Assembly: GCA_026770705.1 (NCBI GenBank)
Contig: JANJGN010000034.1
Span: 4,216,001-4,280,000 of the forward strand
Direction: 5' to 3'
Length of the DNA: 64,000 nucleotides
Source of the DNA: Isurus oxyrinchus
Taxonomy: Eukaryota
Made by a program: the position numbers and the translations under genes
Notes under the pieces: model-generated
Told to the model about the DNA's origin: nothing
The model's database searches: none
What the model saw: only the letters and a program-made list of their open reading frames with translations
Part shown: positions 1 to 13,569 of the stretch, in pieces
Layout of the letters: each line of letters starts with the position of its first letter
Numbering within the stretch: the stretch's first letter is position 1

Positions 1-1960
1 AAGGAAAAGAGGCTTTTAGCAGACACAAGGTAAGCAAAACAATGGTGGCATTAGTGGCCTACAGAAAGTGCAGCGTGGAGCTTAAAAAGCATTTAGAAGA
101 GCAAAAAGGGGACATCAGAAAGCGCTGGCTAGTAAAATTATGGAAAATCCTATGATATTCTCTAAGCACATCAATGGGTAGAGGATAACCAGCGAACGAA
201 TAGGGCCCAAAGGGGGCCAAGGGGGCTACCTATGTGTGGAGACACAGGATATCGCTAAACTGTTGAATAAATATTTAACATCTGTCAAGAGAATTTGGAT
301 GAAGGTTTTGATCTCGGTGAGAGAGATGGGGGAGTTTCATCAGCAAATTGATATAGGGAGTGACAAGGCATTGGATGTGCCGGTCGGCTGAAAGGTAGTC
401 AAATTTGCAGGTCTACATGATGTGTGACCCAGGCTGCTCGGGGAGGGGAGAGAGGAGATCCAAATTATTAATTGCTCTCTGGCCATGGTGGATGTGCCAG
501 TAGACTGGAGAACAGCTGATGTGGTTCCAAAATTTAAGAACTGTTGTAGAGATAGGACAGGGAACGGCAGGCCAGTGAGTCTCACGTCATTTTTAGGGAA
601 ACTATTGGAGAAAGTTCTGGAGGTATGTATCAATCTCCACTTGGAGAGGCAAGGTTTGATTAGGGATATCAGCATGGCTTTCTCAGTCGGAGATGATGCA
701 TAACAATTTTGATTATTTTCTTTGGAGGATGTTACCAGGTGTGTCAGTGAGGGTAATGAAGTTGATGTAGTTTATATGGAATTCAGCAAATATTTTGACA
801 AGGTCCCAAAAGGGAGAGTTACAAAGAAGGCAAATGCACATGGGATACAGGGCAAATTGATAAGGTTAATCCAAATTTGGCATAGTTGTAGGAGACAGAG
901 GGTGATGAAAGAAGGCTGCTTTAGTTACTGGAAGCATGTGTCCAGTGGCGTACCACAGGGGTCTGTGCTCATTCCCCTATTTTTTTCATTTATATAAACT
1001 ACATTGATGACAATGTAGGCAGGGGTGGGGCGGTGAGGATTAGAAATATTGTGGATGAAAAGAAGATTGGCCGGGTGGTTAAAAGAGAGTTTCAGTGTCA
1101 TGGCCAACTGGAGGATATAGGCGGGATGGACAAATGGGCAGGTGATTGGCAGAAGGAATTTAAACCTGAAAGCTGTGAGGTGGTACACTTGGGAAGGAAT
1201 TATTTGCCCAGGAAGTATTCATGGTACAGCATGACAATTGGAAGATCAGAAGAATAAAGTGACCTTAGCGTGTCCGTCCATAGATCTCTCGAAGCAGATG
1301 GTCATGTTAGTGGGATAGCAAAAAAAGGCATATGGGACACTTGTCCTTATCAAAGTAAGCACAGATTAAAACATAGGGAGGTCATGTTGGAGTTGTGTAG
1401 AAACTTAGCGAAGCCACAGCTGGAGTACTGTTTGGAGTTCTGGTCGCCACATTATACAAAGGATATGATTGCTTTGGAGGTGGTGCAGAGGAGTTTCATC
1501 AGGATGGTGCCTGGGTTGAAACATATGAGTTATGAAAGTGAATTGAATATACTTGGGTTATTTTCGTTGTCGCAGAGAAGACTGAGGGGCGTCAGGATCG
1601 AGGTGTACAAGATAATGACCGGCATGGACAGGGAGGATATGGAACAGCTGCTCCCCTTAGTTGAAGGGTCAGTCACAAGGGGCATGAACTCAAATTGAAG
1701 GGCAGGAGGTTTAGGGGGTATGCGAGGAAAATAATTTTTACCCAGGGGGTGGTTACAGTCTGTAATGTTCTGACTGCAATGGTGGTGGATGTGGGTTGCC
1801 TCAACACCTTTAAAACGTACCTGGATGAGTTCTTGGCACGTCATAATATTCAAGGCTATGTACGGAGTGAACAAGGTAGATAGGTTAGGCGATTCCCACA
1901 GGCTGGTGCAGACTCGATAAGCCGTAAGGTGTCTTTGGCACTGTCATTCTATGATTCTTT
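1..1960 (+). mobile_element. CR1 LINE, 3' part (decayed RT + 3' UTR)
   Basis: Frameshifted ORF2 pieces: DWRTADVVPKFK, RPVSLTSFLGKLLE, VDVVYMEFSKYFDKVP, SGVPQGSVL, PQLEYCLEFWSPHY; ends in ttctatgattct microrepeat typical of CR1 3' ends. Confidence 0.93.
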
Positions 1961-2511
1961 TATTATGGGTGCTAAGCCTTCTACAGTGTATCAAGCAATC
2001 AGTGATGAGCACGTTTGCAAATTATGGCCATCTCACTGCTGTCCGTTCTGCACTGTGGCTCTCGCTCAGAATTCATCATCCAAAGCTGCAAGGCTCTACT
2101 TGCTTCCCTTCTGCCCGGGAGATCTCTTGACTGCTGCCGAAAAAAGTCATCAATGTTGTGCCGGATTTTACTATTGCACTCATGATCTTCAATTTAGATG
2201 AATGTGTGGCATTCCTGCGAACTGCATGCAAAGATCATTTTAAATTTCTGATCAAATCTCTTCACGTGGCAACGATTTTTTTCTTTCAGAAAGAAAGTTA
2301 AATGACTTGATTGCAAGTAAATAATTCCAAATTTTGTAATTTTAATATAGTCAAGCGATTTTTTCTTGCTTTTCCTAAAAAGCTGTGTATTTGTTATTTT
2401 GAATCTGTCTTCTCTCATCTACGATCGTTGATTTTTTCTTTTCCCCCAATTCTACTTGTCGATCTGCTAAATAAATGTGGAAGCAAAGGCGAGTGCTGAC
2501 TGCTGAAAGCA

Positions 2512-2557
2512 TAACAACAATAATAAGAGGAATAATAACTATGCTAATAATAATAAT
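2512..2557. repeat. imperfect (AAT/AAC)n microsatellite
   Basis: seen directly. Confidence 0.7.
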
Positions 2558-3624
2558 ATACCCTGTGATTCAATAAAACAATCATAGATAGTTAGTTGAA
2601 CGTTAACTCATTATTCATGACAGAATGTTTGACTATTATCTTCTGCTGCACTCGCACATCCCACTTTTTTTATGCATTTCCTCCTTTACCTGCAGCCAAT
2701 TGTAATACATTTATCGCACTGCCGCTTTTTGTCGAGCATTCAAGAAAAGCGCCAGGCAATATTGTTTTGACAGAAAGGTGAAAGATTTGTATCCTCCAGT
2801 CATGAATATTAACTTTTACATCTGCGGGATATAGAGTTATTACAGATAAACAAATGTGAGTTTAGATCTCTGTATTCACCTCCAAAGTACTGCAGTTTGG
2901 ATAAAAATATGAGAAAGCACATACATGATGAACATAAGAATGTGGATTAATTCAGGAGAAAAGGTGTAGATGATGTGATTATAATGCATCCGATTTTACA
3001 ATACATTTGCGTGTAAATAGTACTCTATCATGTATATATATAAATATATATATACATAGATACATATAAAACAACGAATGTGCCATGATGAAATGTAAAT
3101 TGTACCCAAACCCATCGCCCTTTCTATTAAGATCACTGGTTATAAGAATGTTTTTTATCCTATCCAGTGGAATGTAAGCTTGTAGAGTTAATCCATGTCA
3201 ACATCTCATGCGCGACCCGGAAACCCAATATTTTTTTTTTACTTCTGACAGCCTTTCCAGTTTAGGTTCATAACGTGAACATGTTTGCAAAATGAAAGCA
3301 GGAGTAAGGTCAAATTTCAAATTCACGTCACATTGTTTGCCAAAAACGAAGAAATATCTTGTGGTAAAGATAAATACGTTGAGAATTTGTATTTTTAAAA
3401 GAAGTTGATTTGCCGATCTCACTTACTCACTGCAAGCTGGTTAGGTTAACCCCACCAATCAAGTGTCAGTTAATAAATTTGCATGTGCTACGGAATTTGA
3501 TGTTCGCCAGCTATTATATGAAGAGAGGTAATCTAGGCAGTTCACAAGAATTCCATTCAGTCATTAATAATTAGCTGGAAAAAGTTGACGGTGGAGCATC
3601 ACAGTTTGGTGATTTTGTTTTTTT

Positions 3625-3900
3625 CTTATTTCATCTCATGTGGGCGTCATCGGAAAGGCGAAAATTTGTTGTCCATCGTGAATTTCGCTTAGACTGATTG
3701 GCTTGCCATGCCATATCAGAGGGAAGTTATGATCAGGCTCGTGGTTTGGGCCTGCAGTCACATATGAGCAATCTAGGTAAGGGTAGCAGATTCCCTTACC
3801 TGTCGTGGGTAAACAAGGAGAATGTTAAGGCAACCAATCATATCTCATACTTAGCATCACTGTTCATAGTTCTCAATTCTGCATTTATTAGTTAATTGGA
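3625..3900 (-). mobile_element. decayed SINE or LINE 3'-end fragment
   Basis: atgtgggcgtcatcggaaaggcgaaaatttgttgtccatc resembles the reverse complement of the 3' end of the LINE family at 6340-8450. Confidence 0.5.
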
Positions 3901-4639
3901 AACTTCCAGGAGCTTCTGTTGCAATCGTTGAAATGCCACCCCAGGGAATTGCCCTAGCCATGGGTTCCTATTCCAGTGACCTGAACAGAATGCCACCATC
4001 TGCCACGAGTTGCAGGCATTTATGCAGATGTGTCTGACTTAAAGTTCCCCGGAATCCCCAAGAAATTAATATGACTGTCGCTAGTAGCATAGCACCACTT
4101 CTTTTTAGCAATGAAGCACATGACTGTGATGAAGGTCCACACTGCAAACATAAGTGCACATTTGCAAATATAAAGCCAAAAACCTTGAAAGGAAACCTAA
4201 TCGATAGTTTAAATTAAAAATTGTAATCACTACTGCTCCATTTCCAAATTCATAGATTCAATAAAATTAAATATAATTTTTCAATGTAATGACAACTCCG
4301 AAGATTTGCTAATTTCAGGGTAATTCTCTGATTATCATTACTCAATGAAAGCTTGGAAATTGCCATTGCTACATAGCTATTTATGGACCGAAACTGCTCA
4401 TGCCATTCAGCGTAACTTCGAGTGACTGGTAATGAGACAAATGTTCGATCAGTATCCAAGGTATAATGGTGGAAGATTTAAGCACAAGGCATTTTCCCGT
4501 TGACATTTGTCCTTAATAAAGAAAAACAATTATCCAGATCCGAAAGGTTAAAATATAATTGTTAAATTCTTAAAATAATAAATTCATTAGGAATTCTTCA
4601 CATCGTGTTGTTTAAGAAGCTACTGCTGCATATTCACAG

Positions 4640-4672
4640 GGTCTGAAGTGGAGTACCTGAAACAGAAAGAAG
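4640..4672 (+). CDS. 33-nt phase-1/1 micro-exon of putative coiled-coil (butyrophilin/BG-like tail?) gene; xSEVEYLKQKE
   Basis: tattcacag|GGTCTGAAGTGGAGTACCTGAAACAGAAAGAAG|gtatga; length a multiple of 3, open in phase 1. Confidence 0.6.
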
Positions 4673-5463
4673 GTATGACATTTAGCTCAACCCAGTACGT
4701 GTCAGATCTACTTTTGAGATTAATTGATTCGAATACATCGGTTAAAATTCGATTAGGTTTTAAAATTTCATGTAAATTTATTGCATTCCCACCAGATCGC
4801 TCTGACTAAAATCGGCTCTATGATATTGTCAATCGAATTAGCTAAATTAAAAGAGCTATTTTGTTTTAAACCACAACATATGATAAATTAATTTTACTTC
4901 AGGTAAGATTAAAAAAATCCTTATGACTTATTGTGGGAAGGATAACATTGTAAACACATATAATTCGCCTTTACGTTGCTTTGAAAATAACTGAGGCATT
5001 ATCTTGAATTTCGGGCAGTGAATATGATGTAGAACGATGTATTAGAATCACAGCTCAATATAGGGGTTTTAGCCTGCTGACCGGCATGTTTGCTGCAGCA
5101 AAGAAAAAGTGAAAATCTAGAAGAGCGGACATATTTCAAATTATGGCCGAAGATGATGTGGAGGACAGATATTACCAAAGTCCAGTTCACGCAATGTTAT
5201 TATTTAAAAGCAAAAATGTAAAAAAAGACTGAAGTTTTTTACTGCATTAACGCAGACACATTATTCCACGGTTTAAAGCGATATTTTTTGTTAAAGAAAT
5301 ATACAAGCCTCAAACAAGGAAACATTAAATACTATTTACTTAACCACCTACACACTATAGGCTTGAAACAACAGTAAATAAAGATTCATTACCAGGAGCA
5401 TTACTGTTGCTTACAAATTATGAATGACATTTAAATGTCTGATATGAGTCATACAGATCTTAC

Positions 5464-5627
5464 GCATTGTAACGACTTCCAGGTCCTATTCGTGTGCGAT
5501 TTAGCATGATCCAAAGCTAGAGCAGCGAACAAGCAATTGAAATTCCAGTAGCAAGCAAGAGCGCCTTTGCCACATATCTGCAGAACCTCCTCATTTCGGT
5601 TCGGATGATAACGGTAGCATAGGTCCT
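5464..5627 (-). pseudogene. possible decayed transmembrane exon of the antisense B7/butyrophilin-like pseudogene
   Basis: minus strand gatttcattag|AGGACC...AATGC|gtaaga; hydrophobic stretch ALLLATGISIA then CLFAALAL across a frameshift. Confidence 0.25.
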
Positions 5628-6339
5628 CTAATGAAATCGTCCATTAACATAAAGAACCACACCCATTGCATATTTGTTTATTTTCTGTTTCGGGGTATTG
5701 GTTGCATGTTGGTCGATCTACCGCACCACGGGCATCATTATGTGAAACTGAATGGCTCTGTGAGACATTATCTGTTTCAGCCAGTTAAAGTTTCCCTAGA
5801 AGATTTTGTTTCCATTCTCAGTTTCATTAATGATTCGTTTGCTTTCTCATTTTCCATTTTAGGTTTTCTTTGCGATTTGTGATTTTGTGTCAATGGACGT
5901 CAGCTTTGAAATCAACGAATTCCATGGCATCTCCCACCATCCTTCCAACCCCCTCAGCACCTGCACCCACCACACAGGCCACCCACGTCTGGGCAAAATC
6001 ATGCCTTACCGTGCTATTTATATTAAGCTTTTGCAATATTGCAGATTAACATACAATTTATTTTAACAAAATAAACACTTCAGACACTGCATGGACGACT
6101 TGAATTATTTTCCAAGATTGTTCTGTTATGCCTTTGTTTAATGGGTATGCATTACTCACATCACCGTCAAACGTTGCTATAGGCGTTCACCCTGGTATAC
6201 CTAAATATAGTGACTGATATTTATTTTTATACGCTAGGCTATGTCATCCTGAGACTTGTATGAAAAATGGGGTCATATTCCATCTAAATATTTTTAGGTA
6301 TCATTGTTCTGCAGCTTTGCTTAATGGAGTCTTGGTCCT

Positions 6340-8450
6340 GCTCCAGAATGCCCTATCAACATAGCTATCAATCTTCAAACAATTCGATGTATTCCACCTA
6401 ATGTCAACAAACGGCTGAATGTACTATACTGGATACTCAAAGAAATATTTACTACCCGGGCTATATTCCGAGAATAGTACTGCCGACCTCTGCTCTGAAT
6501 GTGCCACGCCCCTAGCGAAACTGTTCCAGTACGGCAAGAAATTTGACAACGAAACCGCAACGTGCAAAACTGTCAAGCTATGCACTGCACAGAAAAGGAA
6601 AGACGGCAAATGCAAGCAAGTCAGTTTCTGCCCCATCAGTACACTCTTGATCATCAGCAATGTGCTGTAAGAGGTCACCAATAGTGCTTTTAAGCTGCAC
6701 TTGCTGAAGAATAACCTGCTCACTGAGGTCCTGTTTTTAATTTGCCAAGTTAACGCACCTCTTGACATAAATAGAGACTTTGTTCAAGCCTAGAAAAAGG
6801 GTCTAAACTCCAGAGGTTCGATGAGTTTGGCTGCAATTAAAGGCAAGTCAGTATATGGCCGATTGTCATATAAAGTAGCCTTTGAATAAACTGGAGCCGA
6901 TAGCAATTAAGGGGACACTTTCCGATGATTGCAGGCATACCTAACACACAGGAAAATGTTTGTGGCAGTTGGAGGTCAATCATGAAAATGGAAATAAATG
7001 AAAGAACCAAGGGATCAGATCTAAGCTCTGCAGTCCTGCCCCATCCTGCCGTGAATGGTGCTGGGTAATGAAACAAATAAGAGGATCAGGTATCTCCACA
7101 AATATCCGCAACTGCATTGATGAAAGAGCCCAGCGCAGTATTGCAGACGACAAGGAGAAGATTTTTGTAATAAGTTCAAGTGAGCAGTGACAATTGAATG
7201 ATTCATTTCCCCCCTCCTGAATTCCTCAGCATCACAGATGCCAGTATTCATCCAATTCACTTCACTCCACGTGTTGTGGAAAACGGCTGAATGCACTCGC
7301 TAGTGCAAAGTTTGTGGCTCCAAACAACATGCCAGCAATAGTGAGGAGGACTGTCTTCCGGAAAAAATATGCGCATTAGGCAAGCTCTTCCTGTACAGCA
7401 ACAATTTTGGCATCTTCCTGGCAATATTGGCATCTGCCGAGGTACCTCCAGGCACATGTGCAGGACAAAGCCAACCAGCTTAATCACAAACCCATCTCCA
7501 TCATTATCTCTCTTGCAGGTAATCACTGCAGATGATTCTCATGACACTTTCCTTGGCCCAAACATCTTCGCTGCTACTCCAATAACTTTCCATCCATTTT
7601 GTGGCAAGAAGTCAGAATGTTCGCTGGTAATTGTACAATTATTAGCCCCATTTGCGACTCCTCAGATACAAAAGCAGACCGTATGCAATTTCAGCCAGAT
7701 GTAAACAACATCCAGGCTTTGGCTGAGAACTGGGAATAAACATCCTGTCTATGGAACTGACAGACAATGCCGATCTCTAACAACAGATAACATGGCCATA
7801 GTCCTTTGACATTCAACGCTATTACCAGCGGGGACATCCCACTTTTAACAACCTGGGCGTTACTGCTGTCCTGAAACTTATGTTGCAAGCCATAAATTGT
7901 AGAATTTCGCTGGAAGAGCAGGCCAGCGGCTAGGAATCCTGTGGCGCGTAATTCATCTCACAACTCCCCTAGGCTCCCACCACCTGCACTGCAAGAGATC
8001 ATGATGCAAAGCTCTCCTGTTGCCTTGCTAACAAAACTCAGGACGCTTCATACAATCCAGGAGAATGCAGCCCGTTTTAATTAACATCATATCCACAACT
8101 TTCATTCCTCCACCATCAGGGCGCAGTAAAATCGATGTGCACCATCCACAAGATATGCTTCAGTCACTCTTGAAGACTCCTTGGAGAGCACCTTCCAAAC
8201 CCACGGCCGCTGCCATCTAGTAGGAAAAGGGCAGCAGACAGGTGGCAAAACTTCCAAATAGAATCTCCCCTCCAAGTCACTCTCCATCCTGAGTTGGAAT
8301 TATATCCAATTTCCTTCTTTGTCGCTAGATCTATCCTGGAAAATCCTTCCTAAATGTACAATGAATGACCTATACCACATGGACTGCAACGGTCCCAGCA
8401 TTTCTCAAGGGCAATAAATCATGGACAATACAAGGTGGCGTAAAGCATAC
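6340..8450 (+). mobile_element. decayed Jockey/CR1-group LINE (second family), RT + 3' end, with an internal second copy of upstream sequence at ~7000-7460
   Basis: CSECATPLAKLFQY...CPISTLLIISNVL, FLGPNIF; 3' motif gcaccttccaaacccacggcc shared with other copies in the window. Confidence 0.8.
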
Positions 8451-8469
8451 AGTGATGACTGGCCAACCC

Positions 8470-10260
8470 AACTCCTTGACGCGCCCTTCACCAACTCCCT
8501 GCCACACATCCATTAATATGTGAACGTCTGATCTTATTTGGGCTGCACCTCCACTGTTTGTCTGCCAACATAACTCTTGACTCGCTTGTGGATCAACATC
8601 TCTCTAATTCAGCCATGAGTAGGACAAATGGTCCAATGATATGTGCTCCCTTTGCAGTAGAAGTTCAATGAATAACGATGGTCTGAGATTTGTTATTCCT
8701 GTTCATGGCGACATTAAATGGGTTATTTATGTTCTATGGACTGTCATGCTTAGTTGGTGATTCCCTTTCAGGGAAAATATGGTAGAAATTCCTCTGTGCA
8801 ATAAGACAGCTAGGCTGTTTCAGTAAAACCATCCTTGCTGCATAGGAAATCCAAATTGTTCATTGTTTCCTCAGATAACGTCACCATCATCTCGGGAATT
8901 AGCCGGTGGAACATTATATGAACTGCCTCCAATGCAAGAATGCTTCTCCGCCAGTTTTCCTTTCTGATTTTAATCATCTTCAAACACATGTTTTTCCTTT
9001 GGCGAACAATGCCATAAGCGTCCTTTCCAGTACCAACAAGTAGTAATGGGGTACAAGAACCCGGACCTTTGGGCAAATAAGTAGCAGCACCATTACTGCA
9101 CCCTACAAACTGTCCCGGAAAACAGAGTGAACACTCAGAGCCAGGAGGTTTGCCTCGGATCCCTTTACTAAATCCTGATATCACAGAGACCCATTTAACA
9201 TACAACGGGGCTAGCCAGTACTCTGTGGAAGCATCAGAGTGCACACTTAGTTATAGTAAAAGCTTGTGTAATTAATAGCATTGAAATTTTATCTTTGGCA
9301 TGCATACAATTGTTCTGTCTTAGTTTATAATTACGCAAAAACCTTGAGCAGTTACACAAAACCTTGAGTAGCCCATCCTGCAGCAATTGATCTGGACAGA
9401 CAACAGACAGCAAGACTAGGCCCTTTCTCATGTGCTGATAACAGGCTTCCTAACTTTGCTTCAAAGACTCTTGGTTCTTGGTAGTTTGCTTATGATACTT
9501 GCTTTTCTTCATTCACAATAGCTGAGAGTGCAGGTTTGTCTGCTACAGGTGCAAGGAGACTTCGTTGTAGAATTCCAATATGGTTTAAAAACTTAAGCCT
9601 TTGTTATCATGTGGATGTAGTTTATTCTCCCACACAAACTCTGAGTGCATTATTTTTTTTTTCAATGAGGATACCAAAGTTGTACACCGTGGGCTTCTCT
9701 ATAGCCAGTTTATTAATTCTTTCCTGCTATTGAATGTTGCAGTCAGTTTCATCATACCATTTGCCTTCCTAATTACATGTTGTACTGCATATCAACGTTT
9801 TTGATATGCATGTAAAGGGACATCTACATCGGCTCTAACTCATCTTTAAGTAAGATTTCTCCATTTCTGTTTGTTTCGCTCTTCAATGTTGATAAAACCA
9901 GGCATCCCCCCCTATATACTGTCTTATGTATTTTTTTTTTTTGCTGACAACCACTTTTCTCTTCTAATTATTTTCCATATTATCTGTCTCATCCTAACAA
10001 CCTGATGACAATCTAAGATTGTATAATCAGCAAACTTGGTTATAATGCAATCGATTATTTTATTCAAAGGAATAACGAAGGTCATATAGAGCTGAAGGCC
10101 GAATAATGATCAGTTGGCACTCCACCAGCTTAATTTTGCCACGCTAACAGCGACCCGGTTATCCCTGTTCTGCATCCTGACCGTGAACCAGTCCAGCTCC
10201 AGTGTTATTATGTCAGTCCAACACCATGATCTAACAATTTTAATTCTGCTTAATTTTCTA
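8470..10260 (-). mobile_element. decayed CR1 3' fragment, interrupted by an unclassified ~700-bp insert (~8950-9655)
   Basis: ILALEAVHIMFHRLIPEM motif on minus strand; CR1-like sequence resumes at ~9660. Confidence 0.6.
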
Positions 10261-10424
10261 AAGTGCCTTTTCTTCCTCTTTCTCACTCATCTGCCCATGC
10301 ATTCTTAAGACTGAATTCAGACGATTTTCTCCTGACAAAAGTAGCCTTGAAATTATAAAGCTGCCTGCTTCGGTCCCCACCCCATTCCCAACTACCCTTT
10401 AACAAATTGAGGAGTTAAATAGGT

Positions 10425-11300
10425 GAAAAGGAATGTCCAGAATACTCGACAAGTCAGATAGAACCCGTGGAGGAAAAGCCAGTTAGCCTTTCAGGTCCAG
10501 GTGACCTTTCACCGGAAAGGAAGAGAGATACAAAATGTAATAGTATTTTTTAAAGTTTGTAACCACAATTATTATTTTTTTTTGGGAAGGAGTGGGTTGT
10601 CAAGGGGGCAGCACGACAAAACATAAGGTCTGGAAGAGTGTGTAATGGTGGGGAGATGAAATGGCTAAGAATTTCATGATGCAATACCAATGAAAACAGC
10701 AATGGTCATAGGAAATTAGCAAACTTTTTGGGCACTTTAGGCATGATAAAAACACTATCTGAAATCAAAATGGAAAGATAAGGAGAAAAAGCACCCACGA
10801 TCAACACAACAAGGCAGGAGAGAGAGAAAAAGAAACATGAAATACAATAAAGTCTGCCATTATGATCCAGTGCCTTTGAACTCAGTTTTGAATTCAGACG
10901 TCTGTCAAGTGCCCAGTCAAAAGATAAGGATGGTCTTCAAGCTTGTCTTCACCTTCACTGGTACACTGTAGTAAGGACATGGACAGAATTCTCATCATCA
11001 ATGTAAGGCAACGAAGAAAAATTGAAAGCAACCAGATAACTTGTGCACTGTTTGTCACCAGAATGTTTGTGTTCTGCGGAACACACAACCAAAATATAGT
11101 TGCTTTAACCAATAAGCTGGAGGGAACATTGTGGGCATTGAATATAATATAGTAAGTAGGATGATGCACAAGTAACTGCCTCTTCGACTTGGAAGAATTT
11201 ATTTCAGCCTGTTGCCGTGAGATCAGCGTAAGTGAATGGACAGATGCTTCCTGCACTAACGTGAGAGGTATTATAGCAAAGGTAGCGACTGTCATGAACG
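10425..11300 (-). mobile_element. decayed Penelope-like element (GIY-YIG endonuclease remnant + terminal repeat)
   Basis: 10430-10520 is a diverged version of the repeat at 23850/31006; minus-strand 10940-11210 reads as a frameshifted GIY-YIG region (SSKSKRQLLV..YYIIFN..). Confidence 0.6.
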
Positions 11301-11759
11301 TCCTTGCATGAACAAAATAATTTTATCGTTTTGTGGTTAGAAAAATAGTGTAAAAGAAAACATTTCAATGATTTTCTGAGTGTCTGGAAAAACGATTTTG
11401 CTGCATTAATTTTTTTCCACAAGACGGTCGAAACCAACCTTCACTTCCGCTTTCAATTTCACCCACCTCCTCATCTCGGCTTTGCTAGAAAGAAGTAGAT
11501 ATATTTACGGAGATGAGTACTTGCAGCCCGTTAGCAACTAAAGCGAGGATCTTAAAACGGTCCATGCCAGAAAAAAAAACAATAATCGCCCTTTTAATGA
11601 CATGGCCAATGCACATTTCCAGTGACTTCACGATGGTAAACAACACAAAGCTAATTTTCTGGTCCATACATGTTGGATGTCACCCTTGAAAGTATTCGTT
11701 GTTGTTCCATCAGCATAGAGTATTGCACACATGGATTACAAGTTTATGTCTCCCCTCGG

Positions 11760-13220
11760 CTCAGTGGTGGCGCCAGAGAACAGGAGAATTGCAAAAACAA
11801 TGCTGTTGTCGAGAAAAGGTCATATGGACAAGCATAGCAAATATAGACCAGTCAAATTATATTCAATTGAGGGTAAGATTCTTGAAACAATAATTCTGCA
11901 TATAATTAGTAGTTACAAGGAAAATATATAGTTGGTAAGAAAGAGCCAACATGCACTTCAAAAGGGGCAATCGTCTATAACCAAGTTGCGGGAGTTTTAT
12001 GGGCAGGTAATCGAAAATGTTGGTGGGCTTAATGTTTTTGAAGTGGTGTACATGAACTTTATTTTTTTTTTACACAGTGCCTTACAATCGACTAATGAGA
12101 AAGCTTATTGCTCAAGGACTAAAAGGCCCTGGGGATACACAATTTGTTGAAACTAGAATGCAGAGATGAATAGTCAATGGGTATTTATGGGTCACTAGAA
12201 AGTTTGTAGTGGATCTCCTCAGGGGTCATTAATAGACCTTTGCTTTTCCTAATACATAACAATTATCTACAGCTTAGTGTGCAGGGGAGGATTTCAATGT
12301 TTTTGGATAATATGAAGCTCGATAGTTTTATGAAATGTGACGTTGGAGGGAGTGGAATTTCAAGTGCACAAAAATAAACTTGGTGGACTGGACAGTTAGA
12401 TGGAAGATGAAGTTCAATGTGGGGAAGTTTGAAGTGACAACCTTTGTAGGACGAACATGGACAGACAATATAAAGTAAAGTTTGAAATATTGAACGCAAT
12501 GCAGGAGCAGAAATACTTGGGCGTATATGTGTATAGGTCATTGAAGATGGCAGGACAGGTGGGGAAAGTAGTTCATAAAACATAGGCTATTCTGGGTATT
12601 ATTCATACGGAAATAGAGTTCAAAAGCTAATAAGTTATGCCATATTTATAAAAGGCACTTGTTGGACCTCAGCTGGAATATTGTGTACGGTTTTGGGCAC
12701 CATGTCATAGGAAGGATGTGAGAACATTGGGGCGAGGGCAAGGGTTATTAATAAGTTTCCTTCCAGAAATGAGAAACTTCAGCTATGAGGCTTGATTGGA
12801 GAGGTTGGGACAGTTCAGCTTGGAGAGAAGAAGGCTGAGAGGAGAGTTGATGGAGATGTTCGAAATCCTGGCAGGGCTGGACAGAGTAGATTGGGAGGGG
12901 TAACTACCAATTAAAAATGGGCTAATTACGCGAGGGCAACGATTTAGATTGACTTATAAAAGGATCAAGTGTGGAAGCAGTGAGAAAAGTTTTTCACACA
13001 CGGTTGGATCGAATCTAGAATGCATTGCCTGGATGTTTGGTGGAGGCAGGTTCAACCGAGGCATTGGCGAGGATATTCGATGCTTATTTGATTGGAAACA
13101 ATATGCAAGGGTATGGGAAATACACAGGGCAATGGCATTAGTTTCTGATGCTCAGCCGGTGAACCGGAGCAGGCATGGTGGTCCGAATGACCTCTTTCTG
13201 CGACATTAAGGTTCTGTGCC
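11760..13220 (+). mobile_element. decayed CR1, RT + 3' UTR
   Basis: KGHMDKHSKYRPVKL..GKILETII, KGQSSITKLREFY, VVYMNF, PQLEYCVRFWAP. Confidence 0.9.
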
Positions 13221-13298
13221 TCGCTGATTTCTTTGCACATAATTAATCGAATGACATTTGTTACAAAGGTGATTATATGTCTCTCTTTACTTCTGTAG

Positions 13299-13334
13299 AT
13301 CTCACGGAATGTTTGGGGAGGTTGGAGGTGCTAG
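13299..13334 (+). CDS. 36-nt phase-1/1 micro-exon; DLTECLGRLEVL
   Basis: ctctctttacttctgtag|ATCTCACGG...GTGCTAG|gttata; strong acceptor but weak donor; keeps the heptad register with the 22182 exon. Confidence 0.45.
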   Translation: MSRNVWGGWRC

Positions 13335-13417
13335 GTTATATAAGCCTTTTGTATTCATTTTTAAAAAGATTTGCCATGCTTCACTTTTTTTGTTGTGATT
13401 TCAATGTAAATTTTCCC

Positions 13418-13497
13418 AACTACTACTGTCACTATTATAAGCTCTGCTACTGCTCCTACTATTATTATTGATATTATTATTAATAATATTAGTAATA
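13418..13497. repeat. (TAC/TAT)n low-complexity tract
   Basis: seen directly. Confidence 0.7.
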
Positions 13498-13569
13498 ACG
13501 CCCTTAAAGTTTGCCTATGGAAGCACAACACTACACGTCTTGCTAAATGGAATGTTTCACACTACAAAC

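Noticed and set aside
2696-2778. Good acceptor (cctttacctgcag) with an open phase-1 frame
   Set aside because: Only a GC donor (60 nt) or a phase-2 GT donor is available, and the peptide does not fit the heptad pattern.
4903-4949. ttttacttcag|gtaaga composite acceptor/donor site
   Set aside because: No convincing frame-preserving donor downstream; a recursive splice site cannot be supported from sequence alone.
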